Assembly (NCBI GenBank): GCA_014382585.1
Contig: JACNJL010000058.1
Coordinates: 27,364-91,363 of the forward strand
Reading direction: 5' to 3'
Source of the DNA: Limisphaerales bacterium
GTDB taxonomy: Bacteria > Verrucomicrobiota > Verrucomicrobiia > Limisphaerales > UBA1100
Length of the DNA stretch: 64,000 nt
Part shown: one piece after another, positions 47,213-56,393 of the stretch
Position numbering within the stretch: position 1 is the first letter of the stretch
Layout of the letters: every line of letters begins with the position of its first letter
Program-made: the position numbers and the translations under genes
Notes under the pieces: model-generated
Told to the model about the DNA's origin: nothing
The model's input: only the letters and a program-made list of their open reading frames with translations
The model's database searches: none

Positions 47213-47914
47213 CTATGGCGTTGCTGTGCCGCCGGGAATCAAGTTAACCCGTTGCGGATCCGCGCCGCCCGATGGTAATCCCTGTGATTCCATCGGCACG
47301 TACAACACAAATTCACCCCGCCGATTTGCCGCGAACGATTCCTTATCGCCACCCTTCACCATCGGCATTTTTTCGCCCATACTTTTGGTGGCGAGTCGAT
47401 TGTCCGTCACGCCCAATTCCACAAGTGCCTGCGCGATGGCTTGCGCCCGGCGTTCGCCCAACGAGAGGTTGTAATCTTCTGTCCCGCGTTCGTCGCAGTG
47501 ACCTTCCACTTCCAACAAATGGTTTGGGTTTTGAACCAAGTACTCTGCCACTTTGGTGATGTGCGGCAAATCTACCGGCCGCAGCTCCGCGCTGTCATAA
47601 GCGAAATGAATTTTCTGAAATGCGTCGCGCACAATCTCGTGCTCGCCGGGCAATCCCAATGGCCCAAATCCTGTGCCCGGATTGGGAGTCACGTTGGGCC
47701 CTCCGTTTCCACCGCCGGTACCGCCCGGCCCTAAGCCAGTGTTCCCGTTTCCTCCAGGATTGCCGTTTCCGTTTCCATTGCCATTGCCACCGTTTCCATT
47801 GTTGGCCAATGTTTTGCCGGGGATGTGAGTGACGTCCGTCGTTGCAGATTTACAACCGATGGCGGCTACTGCACAAACCAAGGCCAATGTTTTTAGATAT
47901 GTTGCTCCTTGCAT
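47213..47914 (-). CDS. pal: peptidoglycan-associated lipoprotein (OmpA-like domain), copy 1, with Gly/Asn repeat linker
   Basis: ATG at 47914 is preceded by AAGGAGA. Lipobox AAIGCKS. Linker NNGNGGNGNGNGNGNPGGNGN. OmpA domain FAYDSAEL...VEGHCDERGTEDYNLSLGERRA...NRRGEFVLY. Confidence 0.85.
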   Translation of the reverse strand: MQGATYLKTLALVCAVAAIGCKSATTDVTHIPGKTLANNGNGGNGNGNGNGNPGGNGNTGLGPGGTGGGNGGPNVTPNPGTGFGPLGLPGEHEIVRDAFQKIHFAYDSAELRPVDLPHITKVAEYLVQNPNHLLEVEGHCDERGTEDYNLSLGERRAQAIAQALVELGVTDNRLATKSMGEKMPMVKGGDKESFAANRRGEFVLYVPMESQGLPSGGADPQRVNLIPGGTATP

Positions 47915-47979
47915 AATTTCTCCTTTAACCACACTGGTTACACGGTTGAGTTCCTCCTTGTTGGAACTGATTAAAAACT

Positions 47980-49179
47980 TTACTGCCACGCAGGCTGACC
48001 CACGCCACCCGTAAAGGCTGGGAGTATCTTCACCTGTTCTGTCGGCACGTCAAGAATTGCCATGCGTTTCTTATTCACGCCACCGGCACGCCTTGTGAAT
48101 ATAATGTTCCGGCTATTGGCGGCCCACGCGGGGTCTTCGCCTTCGGAATAAATTTTTGCGTTACCGCCAGTGGCGGGCACGACACCAATTTGAAAGCCGC
48201 CGCGCTGCTGGGTAAAGGAAATCCATTTACCATCGGGCGACCAACTGGGCTGCGTGGGGCGGAACGCGCCTTTGGTGGGAATCTCAATCATCGGCCCGCC
48301 GCTCGTCGCGACTTTAACCAGCACGTACCGGCCTTTGACCAAAGTGGCAAAAGCAATCCATCGGCCGTCGGGCGACCAAGTGGGGCTGGAAACTTCCTCC
48401 CGGGTACGCGTGGCGCGGAATAGTTTTTTGCCGGGGATATCATTTAAAAAATCCCAATCTTTCGGAGCCAAATATAAATCCGTTGCCCCGCCTTTGCTGA
48501 GCACCACTGCCACCGGCCCATGCGCAGCCATCGCGCCGCCGGTGTTCAAGCCCTTGAACCGCGAGAAAACTTTGCGCTTGCCGGTCTTCAAGCTGTGCCG
48601 CACCACCGTTGTGTTTTGTAGGCCACCAATTGTCATCCAGGATGTATAAAACAGCCCACTGTGATCCGGCATCCACATCGGGTTTTCGACAATTGTTTTG
48701 TCATTAGTAAGCGCCACGGGATTGTGCCCGTCATAATCCGATTGATAAACCTCCCATTGACTCTTGCCAGTTTTCATCGTGAACAAAATTTGTGTGTGTG
48801 CGATTCCGTTTTGGCCGGTGATGGCTTTGATGGTGGCGTTACTCAGCGCGTGGGCGAGCACGCGGGGTGCGGCACCGTTGATATTGAGGTTGAAGCCAAA
48901 GTTACCAGCGTTGTCGCTCAGAATACCGGTGAGATTATTCGCGCCGTTTTTCCCTTCGAGCACATAGCTCGCATCGGCTTCGGCGACCATTTTACAGCCC
49001 ATTACTTCGAGGTCAAAGGCCAGCACTTTAGCTACTTCGCCTTGGTACCCCTTGATCGCGACGGGGATCAACTTGCCCACGTTGCCCTGCACTTGTAATC
49101 CGGCGGCCCAAGTAAAATTGGCCAACACAAAAAAAACGAACATTGATAAAAAAACGGGGATTGATTTTTTGCGATTCAT
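47980..49179 (-). CDS. tolB: Tol-Pal system beta-propeller protein TolB
   Basis: Signal peptide, TolB-N-like domain, and repeated SPDG(R/K)WI(A/S)F propeller blades. Position between the TonB/TolA-like gene and pal. Confidence 0.85.
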   Translation of the reverse strand: MNRKKSIPVFLSMFVFFVLANFTWAAGLQVQGNVGKLIPVAIKGYQGEVAKVLAFDLEVMGCKMVAEADASYVLEGKNGANNLTGILSDNAGNFGFNLNINGAAPRVLAHALSNATIKAITGQNGIAHTQILFTMKTGKSQWEVYQSDYDGHNPVALTNDKTIVENPMWMPDHSGLFYTSWMTIGGLQNTTVVRHSLKTGKRKVFSRFKGLNTGGAMAAHGPVAVVLSKGGATDLYLAPKDWDFLNDIPGKKLFRATRTREEVSSPTWSPDGRWIAFATLVKGRYVLVKVATSGGPMIEIPTKGAFRPTQPSWSPDGKWISFTQQRGGFQIGVVPATGGNAKIYSEGEDPAWAANSRNIIFTRRAGGVNKKRMAILDVPTEQVKILPAFTGGVGQPAWQ

Positions 49180-49201
49180 TTTTTAATTCCTGTAAATCTC
49201 A

Positions 49202-50050
49202 TTAACCTCCAATGATCGGCGTGAAATCCAAGATGAACGTTCGCTTGGCGTCACGTGAACCCGACGGGAAAGATTTGCCCACGGATTTCACTTTGTCCAG
49301 CGCACGTTGTACCGACTTATCCAGAGCAGCATCACCCGTGCGACGGACGATACGGGCACTGATCACGCGGCCATTTCGGTCGATCGTCACAGAAACCTCT
49401 GCAATACGGATGCGCGCGAGGTTTTTGGGGATCAACGGCTGCCACGCACGGCGGTACACGGCAACGACGTGCTGTGCATAAGTCGCGAACGCGGCGCGGT
49501 TGCTGCCGCTGACTTGCACTTTTATTTTTGCAGAAAGATTGCTGAGACCCTTCAGCGCGTTGTTGACGTCTTTGGAATTGATAACCGGGTTTACCGGTCG
49601 GGGTTTAGGCCGTGTGTGGTTGGTGTGTTTCTGAGTGTTGTGAATGTTTACCTTGATGTCCTTTGGCTTCTTTGCCGAGTTCGGGGGCTTGGGTTTATTA
49701 GGATTAGGATTTTTGGGGCGCGGCTTGGGCTTTACCTTGGGCGTCTTGGGCTGTGGCTTAGGTGGATTGGGGCGCGGCTTGGGCGGTTGGATCACTGGTT
49801 TCACCGGCGGACGGGGTGGTGTCACTTCAGGATGCCGCGTGGCGCTCGGTTGATTTAAATTGGGTTTGGACTGCGGTGGCGTGGGTGGGTTGAGCAAATC
49901 TTCCAGCACGTTGGGGGCAATCATGCTGAGCACAGGCGGTACTTTCTCCGGTTGGGTCACAAAAAATGCCGCGCCTAAAATCAGCGCCGCCACCAGCAGC
50001 ACATGCAGGCCAACGGAGATGAAAAAACATTTTTTAAGTAATCGCGTCAT
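49202..50050 (-). CDS. tolA: TolA-position energy transducer with TonB-like C-terminal domain
   Basis: N-terminal TM segment (ISVGLHVLLVAALILGAAFF), Pro/Lys-rich spacer (PKPRPNPPKPQPKTPKVKPKPRPKNP) and a TonB_C-like end. Overlaps the tolR stop by 4 nt. Confidence 0.65.
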   Translation of the reverse strand: MTRLLKKCFFISVGLHVLLVAALILGAAFFVTQPEKVPPVLSMIAPNVLEDLLNPPTPPQSKPNLNQPSATRHPEVTPPRPPVKPVIQPPKPRPNPPKPQPKTPKVKPKPRPKNPNPNKPKPPNSAKKPKDIKVNIHNTQKHTNHTRPKPRPVNPVINSKDVNNALKGLSNLSAKIKVQVSGSNRAAFATYAQHVVAVYRRAWQPLIPKNLARIRIAEVSVTIDRNGRVISARIVRRTGDAALDKSVQRALDKVKSVGKSFPSGSRDAKRTFILDFTPIIGG

Positions 50051-50463
50051 CGGTTGTCCTCCTTGGTTCGCAGTGAGAATTGGGTGAGCCCGTTTTTCAC
50101 GCAGGCATCAATCACCGCATACGTGTGCTTGTTCATGCCCTGTTGATCAGCCCGGATGTAAACGACGGTCTTGGGGTTTTCCGTGTGCGCCAGAATTAAG
50201 GCCGCTTCGAGTTGGGCGAGATCCATCGGTTTGCGATCGAACAGGAAACGGCCATCGCGGCTGATTTCCACAGTGCGCACGTCATTGCGGTCGATGGCCA
50301 CATCGGTCGCCCCCCCTTCGGGAAGTTCAAGCTTCATCCCCTGCTCAAGCAGCGGGGTGGCGATGACGAAAATAATCAGCAACACAAACGCGAGGTCCAA
50401 CATCGGCGTCACGTTTAAGTCGGCGAGGGTTACCAACGGATTGCGTTTGGAAAACCGCCTCAT
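50047..50463 (-). CDS. tolR: biopolymer transporter ExbD/TolR
   Basis: LNVTPMLDLAFVLLIIFV hallmark, 138 aa. Overlaps tolQ by 4 nt. Confidence 0.88.
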   Translation of the reverse strand: MRRFSKRNPLVTLADLNVTPMLDLAFVLLIIFVIATPLLEQGMKLELPEGGATDVAIDRNDVRTVEISRDGRFLFDRKPMDLAQLEAALILAHTENPKTVVYIRADQQGMNKHTYAVIDACVKNGLTQFSLRTKEDNR

Positions 50464-51374
50464 GTTTGCCCCCCCGTTTCCGGTGGAAGCAAATCCGGCT
50501 GCGCGTCATCAAGATCATCAAACTCCACTTTGGTTTCATCCGCTGATGCCGGGTTCATCGGTTTAGGTTGCGGCTGCGATTTAGGTTCCACTTTGATTTC
50601 CGGCTCGGCGCCCATGGTTTTGAGTGGCGTGCGGGTATCCACGGGTACTTCCTTTAAATATTCGGCCTCGATTTTGGCGGAGAGTTCCTGAGCAAAATTA
50701 TCCATCTCCACCGTGGCGACGCGCAAATTATGCACCAGCCAGTTGTAGCCGAACATTGACGGAATGGCCACGAGCAGCCCGGCTACCGTGGTGGCCAACG
50801 CTGCCGCCACGCCGGGCGCGACGGTGGTGAGTGAGGCGTTGCCCTCCTGTGCAGCGCGGCTGAACACTTCCATCACGCCCCACACCGTGCCAAGCAATCC
50901 CATGAAGGGTGCGCCGCTCACGGCGATGGCGAGCAAAATCAAGCCAGACTCCAGCGCCACGGATTCCCGTGCCACAGCGCTTTCGATTAAGCCCTTAATG
51001 TGTTCCATGGATTTTAACGACACGTACCGGTGCCGGTTGCCCTCCTTGTCGCGCAACCTTTCCTCCAGAGCCATACAGCCCTCCTGATAGACGTTGAAAA
51101 GCGGGCAACCCTCCGCTGAAATGCGGCGCTCGAACATGGCAAGCACGCGTTTTTGGCCGCGAAATTCGCTGTCGAAATAGCGGTTATATTTTCGGGCACG
51201 ACGCAGCTGCCACGCCTTGGTGGCCATCACCGCCCAGGCACAGGTTGAGAAAAGGACAAGGACGACGATGATCGCCAATCCCGGTCCTTCCAACTGTTCC
51301 CAAACATATCGGAACGTAGGCTGGGTCTCAGCCGGGGCCGAGCCAGCCGCTGCCAGCAAATGTAATGTGTTCAT
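50460..51374 (-). CDS. tolQ: MotA/TolQ/ExbB proton channel protein
   Basis: Three TM segments and the GAPFMGLLGTVWGVM / VAPGVAAALATTVAGLLVAIP signature. Strong SD AAGGAGGtaaggcATG. Has an extra roughly 70-aa C-terminal tail. Confidence 0.88.
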   Translation of the reverse strand: MNTLHLLAAAGSAPAETQPTFRYVWEQLEGPGLAIIVVLVLFSTCAWAVMATKAWQLRRARKYNRYFDSEFRGQKRVLAMFERRISAEGCPLFNVYQEGCMALEERLRDKEGNRHRYVSLKSMEHIKGLIESAVARESVALESGLILLAIAVSGAPFMGLLGTVWGVMEVFSRAAQEGNASLTTVAPGVAAALATTVAGLLVAIPSMFGYNWLVHNLRVATVEMDNFAQELSAKIEAEYLKEVPVDTRTPLKTMGAEPEIKVEPKSQPQPKPMNPASADETKVEFDDLDDAQPDLLPPETGGQT

Positions 51375-51413
51375 GCCTTACCTCCTTGAAAAGGCAACTT
51401 CCTTGGTCTCGTG

Positions 51414-51442
51414 TTTGTACCAAAAACCGAAGTTTTTGTCAA
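51414..51442 (-). promoter_or_regulatory. candidate sigma70-type promoter of the tol-pal operon
   Basis: Minus strand: TTGACA (51442-51437), 17-nt spacer, TACAAA (51419-51414), about 40 nt upstream of the tolQ ATG. The spacer contains a 7-bp inverted repeat caaaaac/gtttttg. Confidence 0.3.
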
Positions 51443-51623
51443 CTTTTTAGCGGTATTCCTCCAAACACGACCAAAATGGACGATGTGCGCTGGGAGTCAA
51501 ACAGAGGATATCAACAGGGTGTGAGAAAGATTCGCCGCGCAACGGGAGGGCGAATCTCCTGTTGAGCCGTTGCGTGCGGAACGCGCGCACAATGTTTAGG
51601 GCGGCTTCGCCCTCCTTCCAAAA

Positions 51624-53816
51624 TCAGTCGCGCAAAAAAATTGAACAACTCAGCGGCGGCAACGTGAACTCCGCCGACCACGGCTGGCTGTGCCACGGCG
51701 TTTCCTGCGAGTGAACGCCGCCGCCGTTGCCTAGATTTGCGCCGCCGTAGTGTTCCGAATTGCTGTTCAGCACTTCGCGCCACCACCCCGCCCGCGGGAG
51801 GCCGATGCGATAGCCCGTGTGTGAATCGTTGCCGAGATTCAGTAACACCAATACTTGGCGGGAAGCATCGGGCGTTTGGCGCACAAAGCTCGCCACGCTG
51901 GCGGGGTGATCGGCACAGTCAATCCAGTAGAAGCCTCCCTCGGAATAATCGCCCGCCCACAGCGCCGGTTCGTCGCGGTAAAAATGGTTGAGATCCGCCA
52001 CCCATTGTTGCAAGCCGGCATTGAGTTTGTTTTTTTCCAGAATTTCCCAAGACACTTCGGCGTCCTCATTCCACTCGGTGGGCTGGCCGATTTCGCCGCC
52101 CATAAAGAGCAATTGTTTGCCGGGAAAAAGCCATTGATAGCCGAAGATCAAACGCATATTAGCGAAAGGCTCCGAGCCCGTGCCGGGCATGCGGCCGATG
52201 AGCGAACGTTTTTCGTGCACCACTTCGTCGTGCGAAAGCGGCAATAGATATTTTTCCTGATCGCGATACAGCGAAGCGAAGGTAAATTTATCCTGTTGCG
52301 CCGCGCGTTGCGTGGATTTTTTTGAGAAGAATTTGAGTGTGTCGTGCATCCAACCCATGTCCCACTTAAAGGTGAACCCAAGCCCTCCGGCGTTGGCCGA
52401 GCGTGTGACCCCCGGCCATGCGGTGGATTCTTCCGCCATCGTCACCACGCCGGGAAACTCACTGTGCACCACGTGATTGGTGTGGCGCAGTAACTCCTCG
52501 GCCTCAAGGTTTTGGTTGCCGCCGTGGATGTTCGGCGTCCACTCGCCCTCTTCGCGCGAGTAATCAAGATACAACATCGACGCCACCGCGTCCACACGCA
52601 GCCCATCGACGTGAAAGACATCGCACCAAAAACGCGCGTTGGCAGCGATGAAGTTTTTGACCTCAGGTCGGCCAAAGTCAAACACCGCCGTTCCCCAGTC
52701 CGGATGCTCGCCGCGTTCGGGATCGGGATGTTCGAATAGGGTCGTGCCATCAAACTGCGCCAATGCCCAATCGTCCTTCGGGAAATGTGCGGGCACCCAG
52801 TCGATAAACACGCCAAAGCCCGCTTCGTGCAGGGTGTTGATTAGAAATTGAAAATCCTCCGGCGTGCCATAGCGGCTGCTCGGGGCATAAAACCCGGTGA
52901 CTTGATAGCCCCACGAAGGATAGAACGCGTGCTCCGCCACGGGCAAAAATTCAACGTGCGTGAATCCCATTCGGCTGAGATAATCCACCAAGAGCGGCGC
53001 TAATTCGCGGTAGCTGTACGATTCGCCTTCGATCTTTTTCCGCCATGAACCAAGGTGCATTTCGTAAACACTCATTGGACACGCAAGCGGATCAGCCCTT
53101 TCACGTTTCGCGATCCAATCCGAATCAGTCCACGTAAACCGAGTGTTGTCCCAAACAATTGAAGCCGTCTTGGGCGCAATTTCAAAAAACAAACCAAAAG
53201 GATCCGTTTTTTCCTGCAACTCGCCATCGACGGTTAAGATTTGAAATTTGTAATGACTCCCCACCCCGCAACCTGGTGCGAACAATTCCCACACGCCCGA
53301 TTGCCCCAGCATCCGCATCGGGTGATGCCGGGCGTCCCAGCCGTTGAAATCGCCCACGACGCTCACGCGCCGCGCGTTGGGCGCCCACACCGCGAAGCTC
53401 GTGCCGTCCACGCCATCGATGCAACGCGGATGCGCCCCGAGCTTTTCATAAATGCGCCGCTCATCGCCTTGATTAAACAAATACAAATCGTCATCGCTAA
53501 TGGTTGGTAAAAACGAAAACGCATCGCGCGTGCGCCATTGCTCGCCACTGCCCCACGTGATGGCGAGATCGTACGCGTAAATCTCATCCTCCTCCTCCAA
53601 CATTCCCTCAAATAAATCCGACTCGCCCACGCGTCGCAGCGCGATGACCGGCTTGGAAGGCTCGTGCACCGGCACCGCCACCACCCCTTTGGCCAGCGGC
53701 AACAGCGCGCGCACCACCACGCCGCCGCCCTCCAGCTGATGCATTCCCAGCAATTCGTGCGGCGCGACGTGCCGCCCGTGGGTGATGGCTTCAAATTCAG
53801 CTTCGGAAATGATCAT
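51624..53816 (-). CDS. glgB: 1,4-alpha-glucan branching enzyme
   Basis: GH13_9 blocks: VYEMHLGSW, GFGVFIDWVPAHF, GLRVDAVASMLY, MAEESTAWP, LSHDEVVH. The ATG at 53816 overlaps the coaE stop (ATGA). The listed start at 53873 would overlap coaE by 61 nt. Confidence 0.93.
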   Translation of the reverse strand: MIISEAEFEAITHGRHVAPHELLGMHQLEGGGVVVRALLPLAKGVVAVPVHEPSKPVIALRRVGESDLFEGMLEEEDEIYAYDLAITWGSGEQWRTRDAFSFLPTISDDDLYLFNQGDERRIYEKLGAHPRCIDGVDGTSFAVWAPNARRVSVVGDFNGWDARHHPMRMLGQSGVWELFAPGCGVGSHYKFQILTVDGELQEKTDPFGLFFEIAPKTASIVWDNTRFTWTDSDWIAKRERADPLACPMSVYEMHLGSWRKKIEGESYSYRELAPLLVDYLSRMGFTHVEFLPVAEHAFYPSWGYQVTGFYAPSSRYGTPEDFQFLINTLHEAGFGVFIDWVPAHFPKDDWALAQFDGTTLFEHPDPERGEHPDWGTAVFDFGRPEVKNFIAANARFWCDVFHVDGLRVDAVASMLYLDYSREEGEWTPNIHGGNQNLEAEELLRHTNHVVHSEFPGVVTMAEESTAWPGVTRSANAGGLGFTFKWDMGWMHDTLKFFSKKSTQRAAQQDKFTFASLYRDQEKYLLPLSHDEVVHEKRSLIGRMPGTGSEPFANMRLIFGYQWLFPGKQLLFMGGEIGQPTEWNEDAEVSWEILEKNKLNAGLQQWVADLNHFYRDEPALWAGDYSEGGFYWIDCADHPASVASFVRQTPDASRQVLVLLNLGNDSHTGYRIGLPRAGWWREVLNSNSEHYGGANLGNGGGVHSQETPWHSQPWSAEFTLPPLSCSIFLRD

Positions 53817-54400
53817 CCCGATAGAATGGATTGAAGTTGTTCGTGCAATAGGCTGACCTCGCCTTCGTTCCACATAACCTGACTGGAGCGTTCGGTTTTT
53901 TGGGCCACCTCCATTTGCGCCGCGATGCGCGCGTTGATTTGCGCATCATCCCAACCCCGCGCACGCAATCGCTCGTGTTGAGTCTTTCCGGTGCAAGCCA
54001 CACAAACCACTGAGTCAAATTCAGATTCCGCCCCCACTTCAAACAACAACGGAATCACCACCACACCCAACGGCACATTTTCCGCGCGCCACGTTTCCAT
54101 TCGCGCCAACCAACGCTCCCGCACGCGGGGATGAATGATGGCTTCGAGTTTTTTGCGTTCGGTGTCATTGCCAAATATATGTGCGGCCATTTTTGCGCGA
54201 TCCATTTGGCCTTGAGCGTTTATAAAATCCGCACCGAAGGTGTCGGCAATCTCCGCCAACGCCGATTCGCCGACCGCCACCACTTCGCGCGCGAGATCAT
54301 CGGAATCCACCACCGGCACGCCCTGTTTTTTAAGCAACTTGGCGGCGGTGGATTTACCCATGCCCATCCCGCCGGTGAGGCCGATGATGCGCGTGCTCAT
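53813..54400 (-). CDS. coaE: dephospho-CoA kinase
   Basis: IGLTGGMGMGKST P-loop, 195 aa. Overlaps metF by 4 nt. Confidence 0.9.
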   Translation of the reverse strand: MSTRIIGLTGGMGMGKSTAAKLLKKQGVPVVDSDDLAREVVAVGESALAEIADTFGADFINAQGQMDRAKMAAHIFGNDTERKKLEAIIHPRVRERWLARMETWRAENVPLGVVVIPLLFEVGAESEFDSVVCVACTGKTQHERLRARGWDDAQINARIAAQMEVAQKTERSSQVMWNEGEVSLLHEQLQSILSG

Positions 54401-55308
54401 GAAACCTGTGGAGCGAGGTTAAGGTTTTGCACAATTTCAACCGTCGCGTGCGATTTATTGAGCGTATAAAAATGCAGCCCCTCCACGCCGTTGGCGATGA
54501 GATCGGCGCACTGGCGCGTAGCGTAATTGACGCCAAACTCCGCCACGGCCGCATCGTCATTGCCCAACTTCGCAAGCGTGTCGGTGATTTCCGGCGTAAG
54601 CTTTGAGCCGCACATTTCGGTAAATCGCCGGATTTGGCCGCCACTCAAAATGGGAATGATGCCCGCCAAAATCGGCTGTGTGACCCCGCGCGCGCGCAGA
54701 AAATCCCGGAACGCATAAAAATCCGCGTTATCAAAAAAGAGTTGAGTGATAATGAAATCCGCGCCGCAATCCACCTTTGCCTGCAGCCGTTGCCAATCCA
54801 CTTCGCGCCCTTCCGTGCACGCGATGTGTCCCTCGGGAAATCCCGCCACGCCGATGCTAAATTGGTCACGCGCGGCCACGTCGCTCACTAATTCGTGCGA
54901 ATATTCAAAGCCACCTTCCGGTTTCACAAAATTTTCCTGCCCCGGCGGCGGGTCACCGCGCAGCGCAAGAATGTTGCGAACCCCGCGCCTATGCGCCTCA
55001 TCAAGAAACCCGCCTATGTCATCACGCGTGGACCCCACACAAGTAAGATGCGCCATCGTGGGCACTGCCTGTTCGCGCTGTAGCGTCTCCACGATATCGA
55101 GTGTCTTATCGCGCGTACTCCCGCCCGCACCATAAGTCACCGAAAAAAACGCCGGCTCAATCGCCTTCAATCGCGGCGCAATCTTCCCAAGCAATGTCGC
55201 TTCGCCCGCAGGAGTTTTTGCGGGAAAAAACTCGCAAGAGACAACAGGCCGACCCATCTCCGCAGACTCACGGAGAACATCACGAATAAAACGCATCCCC
55301 GGAATCAT
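54397..55308 (-). CDS. metF: methylenetetrahydrofolate reductase
   Basis: VSCEFFPAKT, SVTYGAGGSTR, HLTCVG, LALRGDPP and ITQLFFD blocks. I took the start at ATG 55308 (MIPGMRF). The listed 55434 start would overlap moaA by 100 nt. Confidence 0.9.
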   Translation of the reverse strand: MIPGMRFIRDVLRESAEMGRPVVSCEFFPAKTPAGEATLLGKIAPRLKAIEPAFFSVTYGAGGSTRDKTLDIVETLQREQAVPTMAHLTCVGSTRDDIGGFLDEAHRRGVRNILALRGDPPPGQENFVKPEGGFEYSHELVSDVAARDQFSIGVAGFPEGHIACTEGREVDWQRLQAKVDCGADFIITQLFFDNADFYAFRDFLRARGVTQPILAGIIPILSGGQIRRFTEMCGSKLTPEITDTLAKLGNDDAAVAEFGVNYATRQCADLIANGVEGLHFYTLNKSHATVEIVQNLNLAPQVS

Positions 55309-55334
55309 GAAGAAAACCTGGCGGCGCGGCAAGC

Positions 55335-56393
55335 TTACCCGCCAATGGCACTCATGGTCCGGTCGGGCTGTTCGAAATCGGTTTCGCCAATGTGGTGGCG
55401 GGGTTCTTTTTTCAGAACGACGGCTTGAAGCCATTCGGCGATTTCAGAGTCGGTGGCGTTGCCGCGGAGGAGGGGTTTGAGATCGTGCTCGTGGAGGCTA
55501 AAAAGGCAGGTGCGAATTTTACCGTCGGCGGTAAGGCGCAAGCGGTTGCATTGGCCGCAGAAGGGTTCGCTAACCGGCGAAATGAGGCCGATCTCGCCTT
55601 CACCATCCTTGAACCGCCAGCGGGTGGCGGTGGCGGCGGCGTGTTCCATGCCAACAGGTTCGAGGCCGAATGCAGCTTGAATGCGTTCGAGGATTTCGCG
55701 GCCGGTGACGACGTGTTCGCGTTGCCAGGCGCGACCGGAATCGAGCGGCATAAATTCAATGAAGCGCATCACCAATGCCTCGTCGCGGGCGAATTGGGCG
55801 AGGGCTTCAATTTCGTGATCGTTAAGGTCGCGAATGATGACGGCGTTAATTTTGACGGGGGCAAAGCCTAATTCCCGCGCGCGGGAAATGGCGGCGAGCA
55901 GTTCGGCGAGGCCATCGCGGCCGGTAAGTTTTTTGAAATTTTCGCGGTCCAACGAATCGAGGCTGAAGGTCACGCGGCTGAGACCGGCGGCGCGCAAATC
56001 GTCAGCGTGTTTATCAAAATGAAATCCATTGGTGGTGAGGGCGAGATCATCGACGCCTTCCAGCGCGGAGAGTTGGCGCACGAGTTCGGGCACGGCGCGG
56101 CGCAGGAGGGGTTCGCCGCCGGTTAAACGGATTTTCGTGACGCCCAAGCCGGTGGCGATGCGAGCGAGGCGGGTGATTTCTTCGTAAGTGAGAAAGTGCG
56201 AGCGGGGTTTCCACGCGTGGCGAATAGGCTGCGGCGCTTCGGACGATTTGGATTTACGAAGATAAAAATCCGCTGCCTCTTCGGTCTCAGGGAGACAATA
56301 GAGACAGCGGAAATTGCAGCGGTCGGTGATGCTAATGCGCAGGTCGCGAATGTGGCGGCCTAGGCTATCGACCAAATCAATCGATTCGCTCAC
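55335..56393 (-). CDS. moaA: GTP 3',8-cyclase (molybdenum cofactor biosynthesis protein A)
   Basis: Radical-SAM CNFRCLYC cluster motif, LTGGEPLLR, and C-terminal CGQCNRLRLTADGKIRTCL. The GTG start overlaps the upstream stop (GTGA at 56390-56393). Confidence 0.9.
   Translation of the reverse strand: MSESIDLVDSLGRHIRDLRISITDRCNFRCLYCLPETEEAADFYLRKSKSSEAPQPIRHAWKPRSHFLTYEEITRLARIATGLGVTKIRLTGGEPLLRRAVPELVRQLSALEGVDDLALTTNGFHFDKHADDLRAAGLSRVTFSLDSLDRENFKKLTGRDGLAELLAAISRARELGFAPVKINAVIIRDLNDHEIEALAQFARDEALVMRFIEFMPLDSGRAWQREHVVTGREILERIQAAFGLEPVGMEHAAATATRWRFKDGEGEIGLISPVSEPFCGQCNRLRLTADGKIRTCLFSLHEHDLKPLLRGNATDSEIAEWLQAVVLKKEPRHHIGETDFEQPDRTMSAIGG

Noticed and set aside
53817-53873. Extended glgB start at 53873. 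The extended AKR start at 9000 and pal starts at 47989 and 47120 are similar cases.
   Set aside because: Internal ATGs give an ATGA or near-abutting junction with the upstream gene, or are preceded by AAGGAG-type SDs and followed directly by signal or lipobox sequences.
55309-55434. Long N-terminal extension of metF (listed start 55434).
   Set aside because: It would overlap the moaA 3' end by 100 nt and adds an Arg/Pro-rich non-conserved peptide. The conserved MetF sequence begins shortly after the ATG at 55308.
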